Origin: Candidatus Nomurabacteria bacterium
GTDB lineage: Bacteria > Patescibacteriota > Dojkabacteria > SC72 > JAHDCA01
Length of the DNA: 64,000 bases
Assembly (NCBI GenBank): GCA_020632395.1
Contig: JACKFQ010000002.1
Span: forward strand, 172,971 to 236,970
Direction of reading: 5' to 3'
Both the position numbers and the translations under genes were made by a program. Every line of letters starts with the position of its first letter. The stretch's first letter is position 1. Under the pieces are notes generated by a model. That model saw only the letters and a list, made by a program, of their open reading frames with translations. It did no database searches and was not told the origin of the DNA. Below, piece by piece: positions 1-8,753 of this stretch.

Positions 1-495
1 TGTTGGTCTGTCAGTGTTGATCTTGCCATATATAGGAGAGGGAACAGCTATAGAAGATGGTGTTCGAGCAGTATGTACATCTACAGTGCGTGAATACACG
101 TTAAATGGTCCCCAGGAGAGGTTTACCTGATATTGATGATCGTCAATCAAATTAGAAAGTGTGACGGTTTTAACATGATTCCCCTGTGAAAAAAGATCTG
201 ACAACCAAGGGATATTTCCTTGCAGATCATTTGTGTCTGCCCAATCTATCTCATATGATGTGCGATCAAGACCCACTACACTTACCGAAATTGGGTGAGG
301 TAAGCTCTGTGTAAATAGCAATGTTACCGAAGAATCCGTTGTATTTGTGATATAAACAGCATCTATACTCACACGTCTTTGGATAGCTGTAATACATAAC
401 AGACAGAGTAACAAAAACCCAATCACGACTACAACGAGCTGTAAGACTGTTCGAATTCTTAGCTTTTCCATTGATATCTGATAAGAAGTATTCAT
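1..495 (-). CDS. Giant surface protein paralog, N-terminal part (truncated by window edge): TM anchor plus FN3-like domain
   Basis: Open frame on the minus strand from ATG at 495..493 to position 1 with no stop. Translation MNTSYQISMEKLRIRTVLQLVVVVIGFLLLCLLCITAIQ has a hydrophobic anchor, then VYITNTTDSSVTLLF.. and ..HQYQVNLSW. These resemble the FN3-like N-termini of the 755..3352 and 4246..7932 proteins (NVTDRSVTISWVTK / ITNVTSNSATVTWVTK). Not in the supplied ORF track because it is incomplete. Confidence 0.6.
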   Translation of the reverse strand, partial: MNTSYQISMEKLRIRTVLQLVVVVIGFLLLCLLCITAIQRRVSIDAVYITNTTDSSVTLLFTQSLPHPISVSVVGLDRTSYEIDWADTNDLQGNIPWLSDLFSQGNHVKTVTLSNLIDDHQYQVNLSWGPFNVYSRTVDVHTARTPSSIAVPSPIYGKINTDRPT

Positions 496-696
496 TTGGG
501 TGCATTATTTAAACTTGGAGATCGTACTGTCCCATTTATATCATATCAAAAGTAACCCGATGATGTGTAGAACAAAGATCCGCGGTTAATGTAAGCTATA
601 TTTATATGTCTTTCTAAATGGAGTACTTCAGATCCACATCTTTAGCTGATGAATATATGTGTTTGGGTGTTCAACTTATACCGTCCTAATAATAAA

Positions 697-723
697 CCCC
701 GGAAGCTTTGTAAACTTCCGGGG
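697..723 (-). terminator. Rho-independent terminator hairpin (CCCCGGAAG-N9-CTTCCGGGG) downstream of the 755..3352 gene
   Basis: Perfect 9-bp inverted repeat with a 9-nt loop, 30 bp past the stop at 755. It is followed on the minus strand by UUUAUUAUU. A T-rich run also flanks it on the plus strand, so it may act bidirectionally. Confidence 0.6.
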
Positions 724-754
724 TAATTGCTTTGTTGTACCTCAGACTCAAGAG

Positions 755-3352
755 CTACTTTCTTTCAGGTTCCCAATTCCCTTGACCCTGTAATACTCTT
801 ACAAAATATGCAGTCTGTTGATCAAGAGGAAAATCGAATCCAAAAGTCTCTGAGCCTGTTTTCTGGAAACCCTCATACCGACCCTTCTCGATTGGCCAAC
901 GGGTAACATTATCTGCGTTGAAGTCGATGGGTTCGTAAAGATTCACGGAGTCAATCATCGATTCCGCAGTATACGCTTTGGTGCCAGTCCCATAGAGCCC
1001 AACAAGATTCCAACCTGGTGTCAGGTATATCGGTGCTGAGTCACCCTCCGATTCATATATTACCTGTTTACCAGTTAGTTCTATGTCCAAATTGATCTTG
1101 GACTTAAGGATATATCCTTGACCTGGAACGATCTGGAAATCATTCACATTATATTGACCTCCATTCTCACCAACCACATTCCAAGTACTTCTGAACTTTG
1201 AGATCGAATAAAAGGCATTATCATACCTCTCATTTAGGCCTGCAAGTAATGTGGAGGCGGTATTCTCTCCAACCAATACCATCGGAAATGAAACGAAGTT
1301 CAACCCCGCCTTTAGCGAATATGTCACCACATCAGCAACTAGTTCGAGATTTAGCAACGAGGCATCTTCGGATAGAGTCGTCTCTCCTGGATCTAAAATG
1401 CCATTTAAATTATTATCAAGGAAGATGGAGTACGATTTCCCTTCTTCTGGTAATAATACTGTGTATGTAACCCCTTGGTACTGGAATTGATATTCACCGT
1501 TAATATATACGAAATACTGACCAGATTGTGGATCGTATAGAACGTTCTGACTACTTTCCGGGACTTGAGCTGATATCTGAAACTTTAAACTGGCAAAGAG
1601 CCTACTCAATTCGGATGCTGATGAATCAGCGGATTCAGGGGTAGCTGGAGCTGCATTAGGGTCTCTTGGGGATCCACAGTATGTATTACCATCTGTATTG
1701 TTATCACATTCAGTTCCTGTCTCACAATCCCACATCCATGGATCATCCGTGCTCATCCCATCGCAACTACTCGGTTTTGTGCATCTTTTTCCACCCCCAC
1801 ACGGCTTCACATTTGTAGAAGTCTCTTGTGGAGGTTTCCAACAGGCACCACTCGGATATCCAACAACTTCATCTCGACACCCAGTTGTACTGAGATCAAC
1901 GCACTCTCCTCCAGCCATACTTTTATAATTGACACAAGCTCCGAATGATCCCCAACAGTTTCTTCCACCACAATTCTGTGCATCATCAGGAAGTTCCTGG
2001 GGCGAGATCGAACCGTTATTGGGTGAATCAGGACATGTCGTTGAGCCTTCGCTCTTGTGAACAACGAAAGGATAATACCAAGAACCATTTGGATACTGCC
2101 CGCCAGGACAGTGACATGAATAAAAACCATCGTCTGTGCCAGCTTCACACCAAGCTCCCTTACCACAATCCACCTGAATTCCATTCTCGTAACAATCATT
2201 AGGTATCACAGGAGGAGGAGATCCACTATCATCATTTGGGAGATTTGATGTTTGGACATCAGGTTCATCGGTATTACTGGGATCAGCGGTACCGATACAA
2301 TATGAATCATCTATACGGAATCCCCCTTGTGCAATTGTGACACCATCTATACATAATAATCTTCTGTCGTCACTAAGATTATCACCATCTCCATCAAAAC
2401 ACTCTCCAAATAATGCGGGGCAACAAGGGTCACATGAGTCCTCAGCATATACCTGATCAGTCAACAGACTGGACATCCCATCGGTCGAGAGTGCTTCATA
2501 GTCAAACAATTCTGTAACATCATATAGCTGCATAAGATTCATAGGTGCATCTTGACCAGTTAGAACTGTCATTGGCATTAGTCTGCCATTCGGACCTGCC
2601 TCCACCCATACCTCCTCAGTCAGTGCTTCTGTTACCTCCCCTAAATACTCTCCATCAGATGAGAGTGCATTAGAGAGATCAAAATAGAATGTGCCATTGT
2701 TTGGATTTACCGCAGAAGAAAGTATCTGAGCATCTGTACCATCAGCATGCCTCAATATCAAATACACCACGCCTTCATCGGATAATTGACCATCTATCGC
2801 TACTACCTGACCGTATGCAGGATAAGGGGTAGCTAACGTCTCTCTTTGTGTAAATGTTGTCACAGCCGTCTTTCTGGTTATGGCATCCCTCACCCCCCTG
2901 AAGAACCATCCATTACCTACCATGATCGAATAACTTGTACTGGGGTCGAGATCTGTGACTGTAACATGATGAACATAATATCTACCTTTCTTCGTAACCT
3001 TGACCTCTGTTTCTATACTATCCACAGACAGTCCAGATCCATTATCAGTGTTAGTAGCTTTTTTACGATTCTTATTGGCCAAAGCAATTTCAGCAGCTGA
3101 GTGATCGCGATCATCATACCCTGGCACACCTCCCGTCTGTAGGAGTTTGATAGATGGTGCACTCTCAGATAGCAACAGTGCCACACCAGGGGTTTTAGCC
3201 TTGGTGACCCATGATATAGTGACAGATCTATCGGTCACATTGGATACTAAAACATTCTTCGGAGCACTTCCCCAAATGCAGTATGTTAGGATGCCAATGA
3301 TCAGAACAGATACAACGAAAGCTATAAAAGCGTATCTTTTTTGTTTGAACAT
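755..3352 (-). CDS. Giant TM-anchored surface protein (865 aa): FN3-like N-domain, Cys/Asp-rich core, conserved C-terminal module
   Basis: N-terminal hydrophobic anchor AFIAFVVSVLIIGILTYCIW. FN3-like VSNVTDRSVTISWVTK...YYVHHVTVTDLDPSTSYSIMVGNG. Cys- and Asp-rich centre (CDPCCPALFGECFDGDGD..., about 40 Cys). C-terminal about 250 aa are homologous to the C-termini of the 4246..7932, 19360..23331 and 23339..27649 proteins (PGWNLVG...W..P end). Confidence 0.8.
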   Translation of the reverse strand: MFKQKRYAFIAFVVSVLIIGILTYCIWGSAPKNVLVSNVTDRSVTISWVTKAKTPGVALLLSESAPSIKLLQTGGVPGYDDRDHSAAEIALANKNRKKATNTDNGSGLSVDSIETEVKVTKKGRYYVHHVTVTDLDPSTSYSIMVGNGWFFRGVRDAITRKTAVTTFTQRETLATPYPAYGQVVAIDGQLSDEGVVYLILRHADGTDAQILSSAVNPNNGTFYFDLSNALSSDGEYLGEVTEALTEEVWVEAGPNGRLMPMTVLTGQDAPMNLMQLYDVTELFDYEALSTDGMSSLLTDQVYAEDSCDPCCPALFGECFDGDGDNLSDDRRLLCIDGVTIAQGGFRIDDSYCIGTADPSNTDEPDVQTSNLPNDDSGSPPPVIPNDCYENGIQVDCGKGAWCEAGTDDGFYSCHCPGGQYPNGSWYYPFVVHKSEGSTTCPDSPNNGSISPQELPDDAQNCGGRNCWGSFGACVNYKSMAGGECVDLSTTGCRDEVVGYPSGACWKPPQETSTNVKPCGGGKRCTKPSSCDGMSTDDPWMWDCETGTECDNNTDGNTYCGSPRDPNAAPATPESADSSASELSRLFASLKFQISAQVPESSQNVLYDPQSGQYFVYINGEYQFQYQGVTYTVLLPEEGKSYSIFLDNNLNGILDPGETTLSEDASLLNLELVADVVTYSLKAGLNFVSFPMVLVGENTASTLLAGLNERYDNAFYSISKFRSTWNVVGENGGQYNVNDFQIVPGQGYILKSKINLDIELTGKQVIYESEGDSAPIYLTPGWNLVGLYGTGTKAYTAESMIDSVNLYEPIDFNADNVTRWPIEKGRYEGFQKTGSETFGFDFPLDQQTAYFVRVLQGQGNWEPERK

Positions 3353-3616
3353 TCTTTTGATATATCATACATTATGTACTATAAATGTACATTAAACGGA
3401 ACCAACATACAAGAAAGTACATATGTAGATCTTTTCCAGCCAATGATATTTCAGCAGTTAATTCATAGACTGCAATTCGATACTGATTAGAATACAGAAA
3501 GTAATTGTTTTCATGACCATTATTATTGAGATCTGCTGGCGAGCACTGAATGAGTAAATTGAGATAAAGGCTGTATCTTAATATTCATATAGTCATAGAA
3601 TATCTTTGATTTAACG

Positions 3617-4131
3617 CATGAGTAAAAATTTTTGTGTCCATGTTGATTGGATCACTAATAATTTTACCAGTCACATATTGGGGCTACTGTTTATGGGCAT
3701 AGATACCTAAGAACGTTCTTGTAACAAACATTACGGATAAATCAGTTACACTATCTTGGGTGACTAAGGTCAAAACCCCTGGGATAGGATACATTTTGAA
3801 ATCTAACACAAATGTTAAGATCTAAGGAACAAGCAAGGCTGTAAGATACGAGAGCGATTCTGATGATAAACAATCTATTTTAGAACCGAGTTGGAACTTG
3901 ATCAGTCTTTATGGAACTGGTACTGTCGACTATACAGCGGAGTCTATGATAAATTTTATCAATATATGTGACCCAATCGACTTCACCGCAGATAATGTAA
4001 CACGTTGGCCTACCGAAAAAGGTCGGTATGAAGGTTTTCAAAAAACTGGTTCTGAAACTTACGGATCCGACTTTCCTCTTGATCAACAAACTGAATATTC
4101 TGTAAAAGTATTGCAGGGTCAAAGAACTTAG
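3617..4131 (+). pseudogene. Collapsed, inverted remnant of a giant-surface-protein paralog (TM/FN3 start joined directly to the C-terminal module; in-frame stops)
   Basis: Plus-strand translation gives ..YCLWA*IPKNVLVTNITDKSVTLSWVTKVKTPGIGYILKSNTNVKI*GTSKAVRYESDSDDKQSILEPSWNLISLYGTGTVDYTAESMINF...VKVLQGQRT. This aligns residue for residue with the N-terminus (YCIWGSAPKNVLVSNVTDRSVTISWVTKAKTPG) and the C-terminal module (GYILKSKINLDIELTGKQVIYESEGDSAPIYLTPGWNLVGLYGTGTKAYTAESMIDS...) of the 755..3352 protein. About 700 codons are missing in between. There are TAG and TAA stops in frame and a frameshift near the TM region. Confidence 0.65.
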
Positions 4132-4179
4132 GAAACTGACAGAGAGTAGCCCTTGAGTCTGAGGTGCAAAAAGACAAGA

Positions 4180-4208
4180 ACCCCTGAAAATTTAGAACCT
4201 CAGGGGTT
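4180..4208. terminator. Bidirectional terminator hairpin (CCCCTGA-N12-TCAGGGG) between the convergent pseudogene and the 4246..7932 gene
   Basis: 7-bp perfect stem. It is followed by TTTTAT on the plus strand and by UUCUUGUCUUUUUG on the minus strand. It lies 38 bp past the stop of the 4246..7932 gene. Confidence 0.5.
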
Positions 4209-4245
4209 TTATGATCATCACATTATGATCTGAACATAAATGAAA

Positions 4246-7200
4246 TTATGGATCAGGAGTCCATGTACCTTGCCCTTGCAATACACGTACGAAGTATCCA
4301 CTACTCGCAATTATCGGAAAGTCAAATCCATATACTTGATATAGACCATTTTCATCCTGCTCTTTCTGTAATCCGTCATACCGACCTTTGTCAGAGGACC
4401 ACCGTGAGACATTATCTACCACGAAAGTATTTGAATTGAGTGAATCGATCCAGGATTCAGCGGTATACAATGTTTCAGAACCAGCGATACCGACAAGATT
4501 CCAGCCTGGAGAGAGGGAGATAGGAACAGAGTCGACAACCTGTAGACCTCGTAGACCAATTAGATAATCATGATTCGATTTTAGAAGGTAACCTCTTCCT
4601 GGAATCAACTGAAAATCTTCGGATCCATAGAGAGAGCCGTCTTCACGCATTCCGACGATGCTCCATGAGCCTGAATCAAAAGCTGCAAGTGAAAAAAAAC
4701 CCTTTGAAAAATTCGTATTGAGGTAAGAAATGAACTCAAATGCAGTTGTGTAATCTTCAGATATTCGATCCAAGTGAATTAGATTCAACCCAGAGGTTAT
4801 GTTCAAATATTCAAGCGAATATTTCTCCTCTAACCTTAGACTTACTCCTTCATCCTCTAGTAGAATATCACCCTCATCCAAAATGTTGTTCTCATTATTG
4901 TCAATGTATAGATCGTATTGCCTACCATTCTCGAGCTCAAAACAATAACCTACACCTGCAACGTCAGTACAGTATCGTCCCGAAGTAGAGATTGAATAAA
5001 GACCATTTGTAGGAGACAGGATGATCTCTTCCTGTGCGTTGACTGTGGTTACTAAATCTTGGAGCTTACTGAAATAAACCGATCTAGTTGGTGGCCCAAG
5101 AGTAGAATTTTGAGCGCTAGGTGTCCTAGTTTTCTCACACGAATATATTATTGATGAATTACAATAGTTGCGGTATACATAATCGTTCAAACTCTCCTTA
5201 CAATTTTCAGAAAGGGCTTCATAACTAAAATCTCCACGAGGACAATCACAGTAATCAGAGTCCGGATCCAAACGTATGTATTCTTGGCATGTTTTTTCAC
5301 CTGAGACATCGCAAAACTCCCCGACGTTGGAAGCATAACAAGTTGCGAATGTTTGGGTAGGACAAATTTGATCTATGTGGATCTCCCAACTGTCAGTATA
5401 CGTCGAATTCCCACCCATACCATTTGATGTTCTTAAACCACCTTCACACCAACAATCATCCTCTGTACATTTATCTCCTGGGAAAATAATCGGCCTACCC
5501 TTCACAAGATGGGTACCAATAGTATCCTTACAAAATTTGCCTATAGGTACCTCGATCGGAGCCCCATTCCAAAATCCTTCCCCTACGTCCTTACATCGGC
5601 AACCAGAATCAACGAGACATCGATCATCCAAACCAATAAGTGATACCCACGTACCTCCAATACACCATAGAACTCCATCATTATTGCTAATCTGTTGACC
5701 CTCACTATATGGACAATCGTCACCAGCTACTATTGGGGTGCCGACACATTTTCCGGGAGTGGTAGAAAGATCACATATTTTAGACGAACATTCCTTATAT
5801 GAAAAGCAATCGCTGTCTAGGGTTCTCAAACAAATTCCTGGATTACTAGAACTACTTCCAACACAAGTTAGGTTATAATCACAGTCTCCAAAACATATTG
5901 CGTAAAGACCTTTTGATTGATTTGGTGATTGATTTGGTGATTGATTTGGTGATTGATTTGGTGATTGATTTGGTGATTGATTTGGTGATTGATTTGGTGA
6001 TTGATTTGGTGATTGATTTGGTGATTGATTTGGTGATTGATTTGGTGATTGATTTGGTGGAGATGTGCTGTCTAGAACTGTTGCACTGGTACATTCACAT
6101 TTTTCGTCCTTAGTACAGAATTTTATATCATCGTTATCTTCGCACAATAACTGACACCCAAGATAATAACATCTATCATCCTGATTGGTTATATCCTCAA
6201 TTGTACAAGTATTATCAGAACCAGTTGGTGAAGGATACTCATTATCTGAACATAAAGGGATGTTTACTGGCTTACAAACGGCATTTGAATTAGGATTCGC
6301 TTTATAACAATAATATCCTGATGGACAATCGTTAGTATTAATATCGCATTCTACTTGATCCGAACCTACCGGTGGAGTCTGACATACTCCAATGTCATAA
6401 CCACATTTACCAACACCAAAACAATCAATACACATTAGATCCCCATACCCGTCGCAACCACCTTCCAATGGGAACTGCTTTCCAATCACACATAGATCAC
6501 CTATGCCCTTATTCTCATTCGTACCATAGTCAGAATTTTTGCATTGATCCGGTGCATCTACCCAACCGCCTCCAATACATCTCCTCCATTCACAGCCACT
6601 GGCGTTTGGGTCATCCCAACACCTTAACTCGCTTGGTCCACACACACCATTAGCACATTGTGCTCCTGGTAGGGTACCGCCAGTATCAGGTTCTTGTGGT
6701 GTAGTTCCGCCGCCACCCCCACCACCACATGTGCTTGCAGCACCTGAAGCACAAGCCTCACTTCGCCACCTTTGTTCACCATCACATCCATTTGTTGCAC
6801 AATAACCATTAAACGAGTCCATATCCGATTGTGATGCTTCGTAACACTTTGATTCACAAGTGACAGTCCAACCAGCAAAGCTTTCAAATGAAACAAACGA
6901 CATGAATGATTGTAAGAGATTTTCTTCAATTACCCTGTACTCTTCGATCAGCACAAAATCCCTCGCTGGAGCATCTTCATATGGGGGTACCTCAGTTCTG
7001 TAGAGTTCGCCGTCTTGACTTCGTACCTCTCCAACTCTCTTGAAATCAAAGATCTCCTCTTCGGAATAGGTTTCTAAAAGGTACCCACCATCAGGTACAC
7101 GTAAAGAGGTGATGTCCAGATACCATGATCCATTTTTGGCTAAGGGAGTTGACACATAACTACTAGTTCGCTCACCTGAGCTATTTTCTAGATAGTAGTA

Positions 7201-7932
7201 GAAAATTCCATCCTCCAAGGGTACGGGTGTAGGAATATCATCAGTGCGATCAAATACTTTCCCATAGATCGGGTCAGGAGTGATTAATTCATCCAACTGG
7301 GGTAATGTTGTGAATGCTGTTTGTTCCTCATTTGATAATAATCTAAAAGTTGTTCCATCACCAATATAAATTGTGTAATTCGTCTCAGAATCCAAACCCC
7401 TAAATGTCACATGGTGAGTATAATATGCACCTAGCTCTGTAACTTCGACATCTTGTTCGATCTGCTTTCCAGAGATCTCTCCATCAGAAGCAATTTCTGC
7501 ATTTGCCTTAGCTAAGTCCAATTCAGCTTTAGTGTAATCCCTATCATCATACCCCTTTATAGAGCCATCGATATTCCCTACAATCAGTTCCTTTAAACCT
7601 TCAGCTTCTGGTACAGCTAATCCTACTGCTTTTTGTGGATTTTTTGTCACCCAAGTCACAGTTGCGGAATTCGAGGTTACATTTGTTATCCTCACCCCTA
7701 TAGGATCAGCAATAAACCTGGAGGTGAAATAGTATGCTCCTGATCCAATTAGAAGCACGATCAAGGCCACCAAAAGCATGATCAGATTGACACGTTTATC
7801 ACCGAAGACTCTTTTGAAAAGGTTCTTTGGCTTTTTTCCTTGAATTGTGGATGTGTCAGAAGTGTTCATAGCTCCCAATGTTCCAACTGCTGTATCCGTT
7901 GTAGCCTTTGTACTATGTGATTGTGACTGCAT
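4246..7932 (-). CDS. Giant TM-anchored surface protein paralog (1228 aa) with (SPNQ)12 repeat linker and conserved C-terminal module
   Basis: Cytoplasmic N-tail of about 50 aa, then TM LIMLLVALIVLLIGSGAYYF. FN3-like RITNVTSNSATVTWVTK...YYTHHVTFRGLDSETNYTIYIGDG. Gly run GGGGGGG. Cys-rich core. (SPNQ)x12. C-terminus ...FVRVLQGQGTWTPDP matches the 755..3352 C-terminus (...FVRVLQGQGNWEPERK). Confidence 0.85.
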   Translation of the reverse strand: MQSQSHSTKATTDTAVGTLGAMNTSDTSTIQGKKPKNLFKRVFGDKRVNLIMLLVALIVLLIGSGAYYFTSRFIADPIGVRITNVTSNSATVTWVTKNPQKAVGLAVPEAEGLKELIVGNIDGSIKGYDDRDYTKAELDLAKANAEIASDGEISGKQIEQDVEVTELGAYYTHHVTFRGLDSETNYTIYIGDGTTFRLLSNEEQTAFTTLPQLDELITPDPIYGKVFDRTDDIPTPVPLEDGIFYYYLENSSGERTSSYVSTPLAKNGSWYLDITSLRVPDGGYLLETYSEEEIFDFKRVGEVRSQDGELYRTEVPPYEDAPARDFVLIEEYRVIEENLLQSFMSFVSFESFAGWTVTCESKCYEASQSDMDSFNGYCATNGCDGEQRWRSEACASGAASTCGGGGGGGTTPQEPDTGGTLPGAQCANGVCGPSELRCWDDPNASGCEWRRCIGGGWVDAPDQCKNSDYGTNENKGIGDLCVIGKQFPLEGGCDGYGDLMCIDCFGVGKCGYDIGVCQTPPVGSDQVECDINTNDCPSGYYCYKANPNSNAVCKPVNIPLCSDNEYPSPTGSDNTCTIEDITNQDDRCYYLGCQLLCEDNDDIKFCTKDEKCECTSATVLDSTSPPNQSPNQSPNQSPNQSPNQSPNQSPNQSPNQSPNQSPNQSPNQSPNQSKGLYAICFGDCDYNLTCVGSSSSNPGICLRTLDSDCFSYKECSSKICDLSTTPGKCVGTPIVAGDDCPYSEGQQISNNDGVLWCIGGTWVSLIGLDDRCLVDSGCRCKDVGEGFWNGAPIEVPIGKFCKDTIGTHLVKGRPIIFPGDKCTEDDCWCEGGLRTSNGMGGNSTYTDSWEIHIDQICPTQTFATCYASNVGEFCDVSGEKTCQEYIRLDPDSDYCDCPRGDFSYEALSENCKESLNDYVYRNYCNSSIIYSCEKTRTPSAQNSTLGPPTRSVYFSKLQDLVTTVNAQEEIILSPTNGLYSISTSGRYCTDVAGVGYCFELENGRQYDLYIDNNENNILDEGDILLEDEGVSLRLEEKYSLEYLNITSGLNLIHLDRISEDYTTAFEFISYLNTNFSKGFFSLAAFDSGSWSIVGMREDGSLYGSEDFQLIPGRGYLLKSNHDYLIGLRGLQVVDSVPISLSPGWNLVGIAGSETLYTAESWIDSLNSNTFVVDNVSRWSSDKGRYDGLQKEQDENGLYQVYGFDFPIIASSGYFVRVLQGQGTWTPDP
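5915..6058. repeat. Perfect tandem repeat: 12 copies of the 12-bp unit GATTGATTTGGT inside the CDS, encoding (SPNQ)12 on the minus strand
   Basis: Direct reading of the sequence shows 144 bp with no mismatch between copies. The unit length is a multiple of 3, so copy-number change keeps the frame. The track ORFs 5879..6094 and 5898..6113 are frame artefacts of this repeat. Confidence 0.95.
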
Positions 7933-8045
7933 TGTGCTTTCGATGACAAATAATAGGGTTTTCCCCCATTAATAATCTATAATATCCAAGCATTTATGGC
8001 AAGGAAGTCGTATAATCACACATATCAAATGATCATCGGCATCCC

Positions 8046-8753
8046 ATGGGAGAACTGACCCTAAATATCAGAAGAAAAGTACAACCTGGCGAGTTAGTTG
8101 ATATCTCACAGAAAGATCGTGAGAATATATCTGAACTCGATTTTGAACTTCCTGATACAGTCATTGTAAAAAGCTTATCAGGAACGTTTATTGGTCAATT
8201 TCGCTGGGAATCAGGGAATGTAAGGCTTCTGATCTGCGATAGATCCAAAGATGACACTACATTACCAATTGTTTTGTTACAATCAATTCCAGAACCCCAA
8301 AACAGGTTTTCTAGGATCCTCGAGGGTTGCATAGAATTAGGTGTGGAATTTTTGATACCTTTAGATACATATTACGACAAACCAGTAAACGATCTACAGA
8401 AACTAATAAACGCCACCATTGCAGATTCGTCCAAGCAATCAATGACCGATACACCTACAGATATATCAGAGATCATGTCTCTTGATAAAATCGATTGGTC
8501 ACAATTCAATACCACGAACAAGATCTGTCTGAGCACCGAACCAGTCAACACAATTCGTTTATCTGAGGCTATTTCTATAGACAAACCCCATCTGATCGCT
8601 ATCGGACCACCTCGTGGCTGGCATAGTAGTGAGATCGAGTATTTTAAAGATCATGGATTCCATTTTGTGAATTTGAGGAGTAATATCCTACGAACTGATA
8701 CAGCAGGTGTGGTCGTTTCATCAATTATCAAGTATATTCAAGGAGAATTATGA
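8046..8753 (+). CDS. rsmE: 16S rRNA (uracil1498-N3)-methyltransferase RsmE-like (SPOUT)
   Basis: C-terminal motif HLIAIGPPRGWHSSEIEYFKDHGFHFVNLRSNILRTDTAGVV matches the RsmE signature (IGPEGG...E....G...LG.RILRTETA). Length of 235 aa is typical. Confidence 0.7.
   Translation: MGELTLNIRRKVQPGELVDISQKDRENISELDFELPDTVIVKSLSGTFIGQFRWESGNVRLLICDRSKDDTTLPIVLLQSIPEPQNRFSRILEGCIELGVEFLIPLDTYYDKPVNDLQKLINATIADSSKQSMTDTPTDISEIMSLDKIDWSQFNTTNKICLSTEPVNTIRLSEAISIDKPHLIAIGPPRGWHSSEIEYFKDHGFHFVNLRSNILRTDTAGVVVSSIIKYIQGEL

Noticed and set aside
1198-3395. Multiple 60-130-aa ORFs on both strands inside the 755..3352 gene (e.g. 1807..2199, 1945..2202, 2846..3100)
   Set aside because: Nested in or antisense to a long CDS with domain-level homology to paralogs. 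No conserved motifs, and the composition is typical of spurious frames.
5879-6113. Track ORFs 5879..6094 (-) (SITK)n and 5898..6113 (+) (DLVI)n
   Set aside because: Alternative-frame readings of the perfect 12-bp tandem repeat inside the 4246..7932 CDS. They have no independent start context and are fully nested in a well-supported gene.
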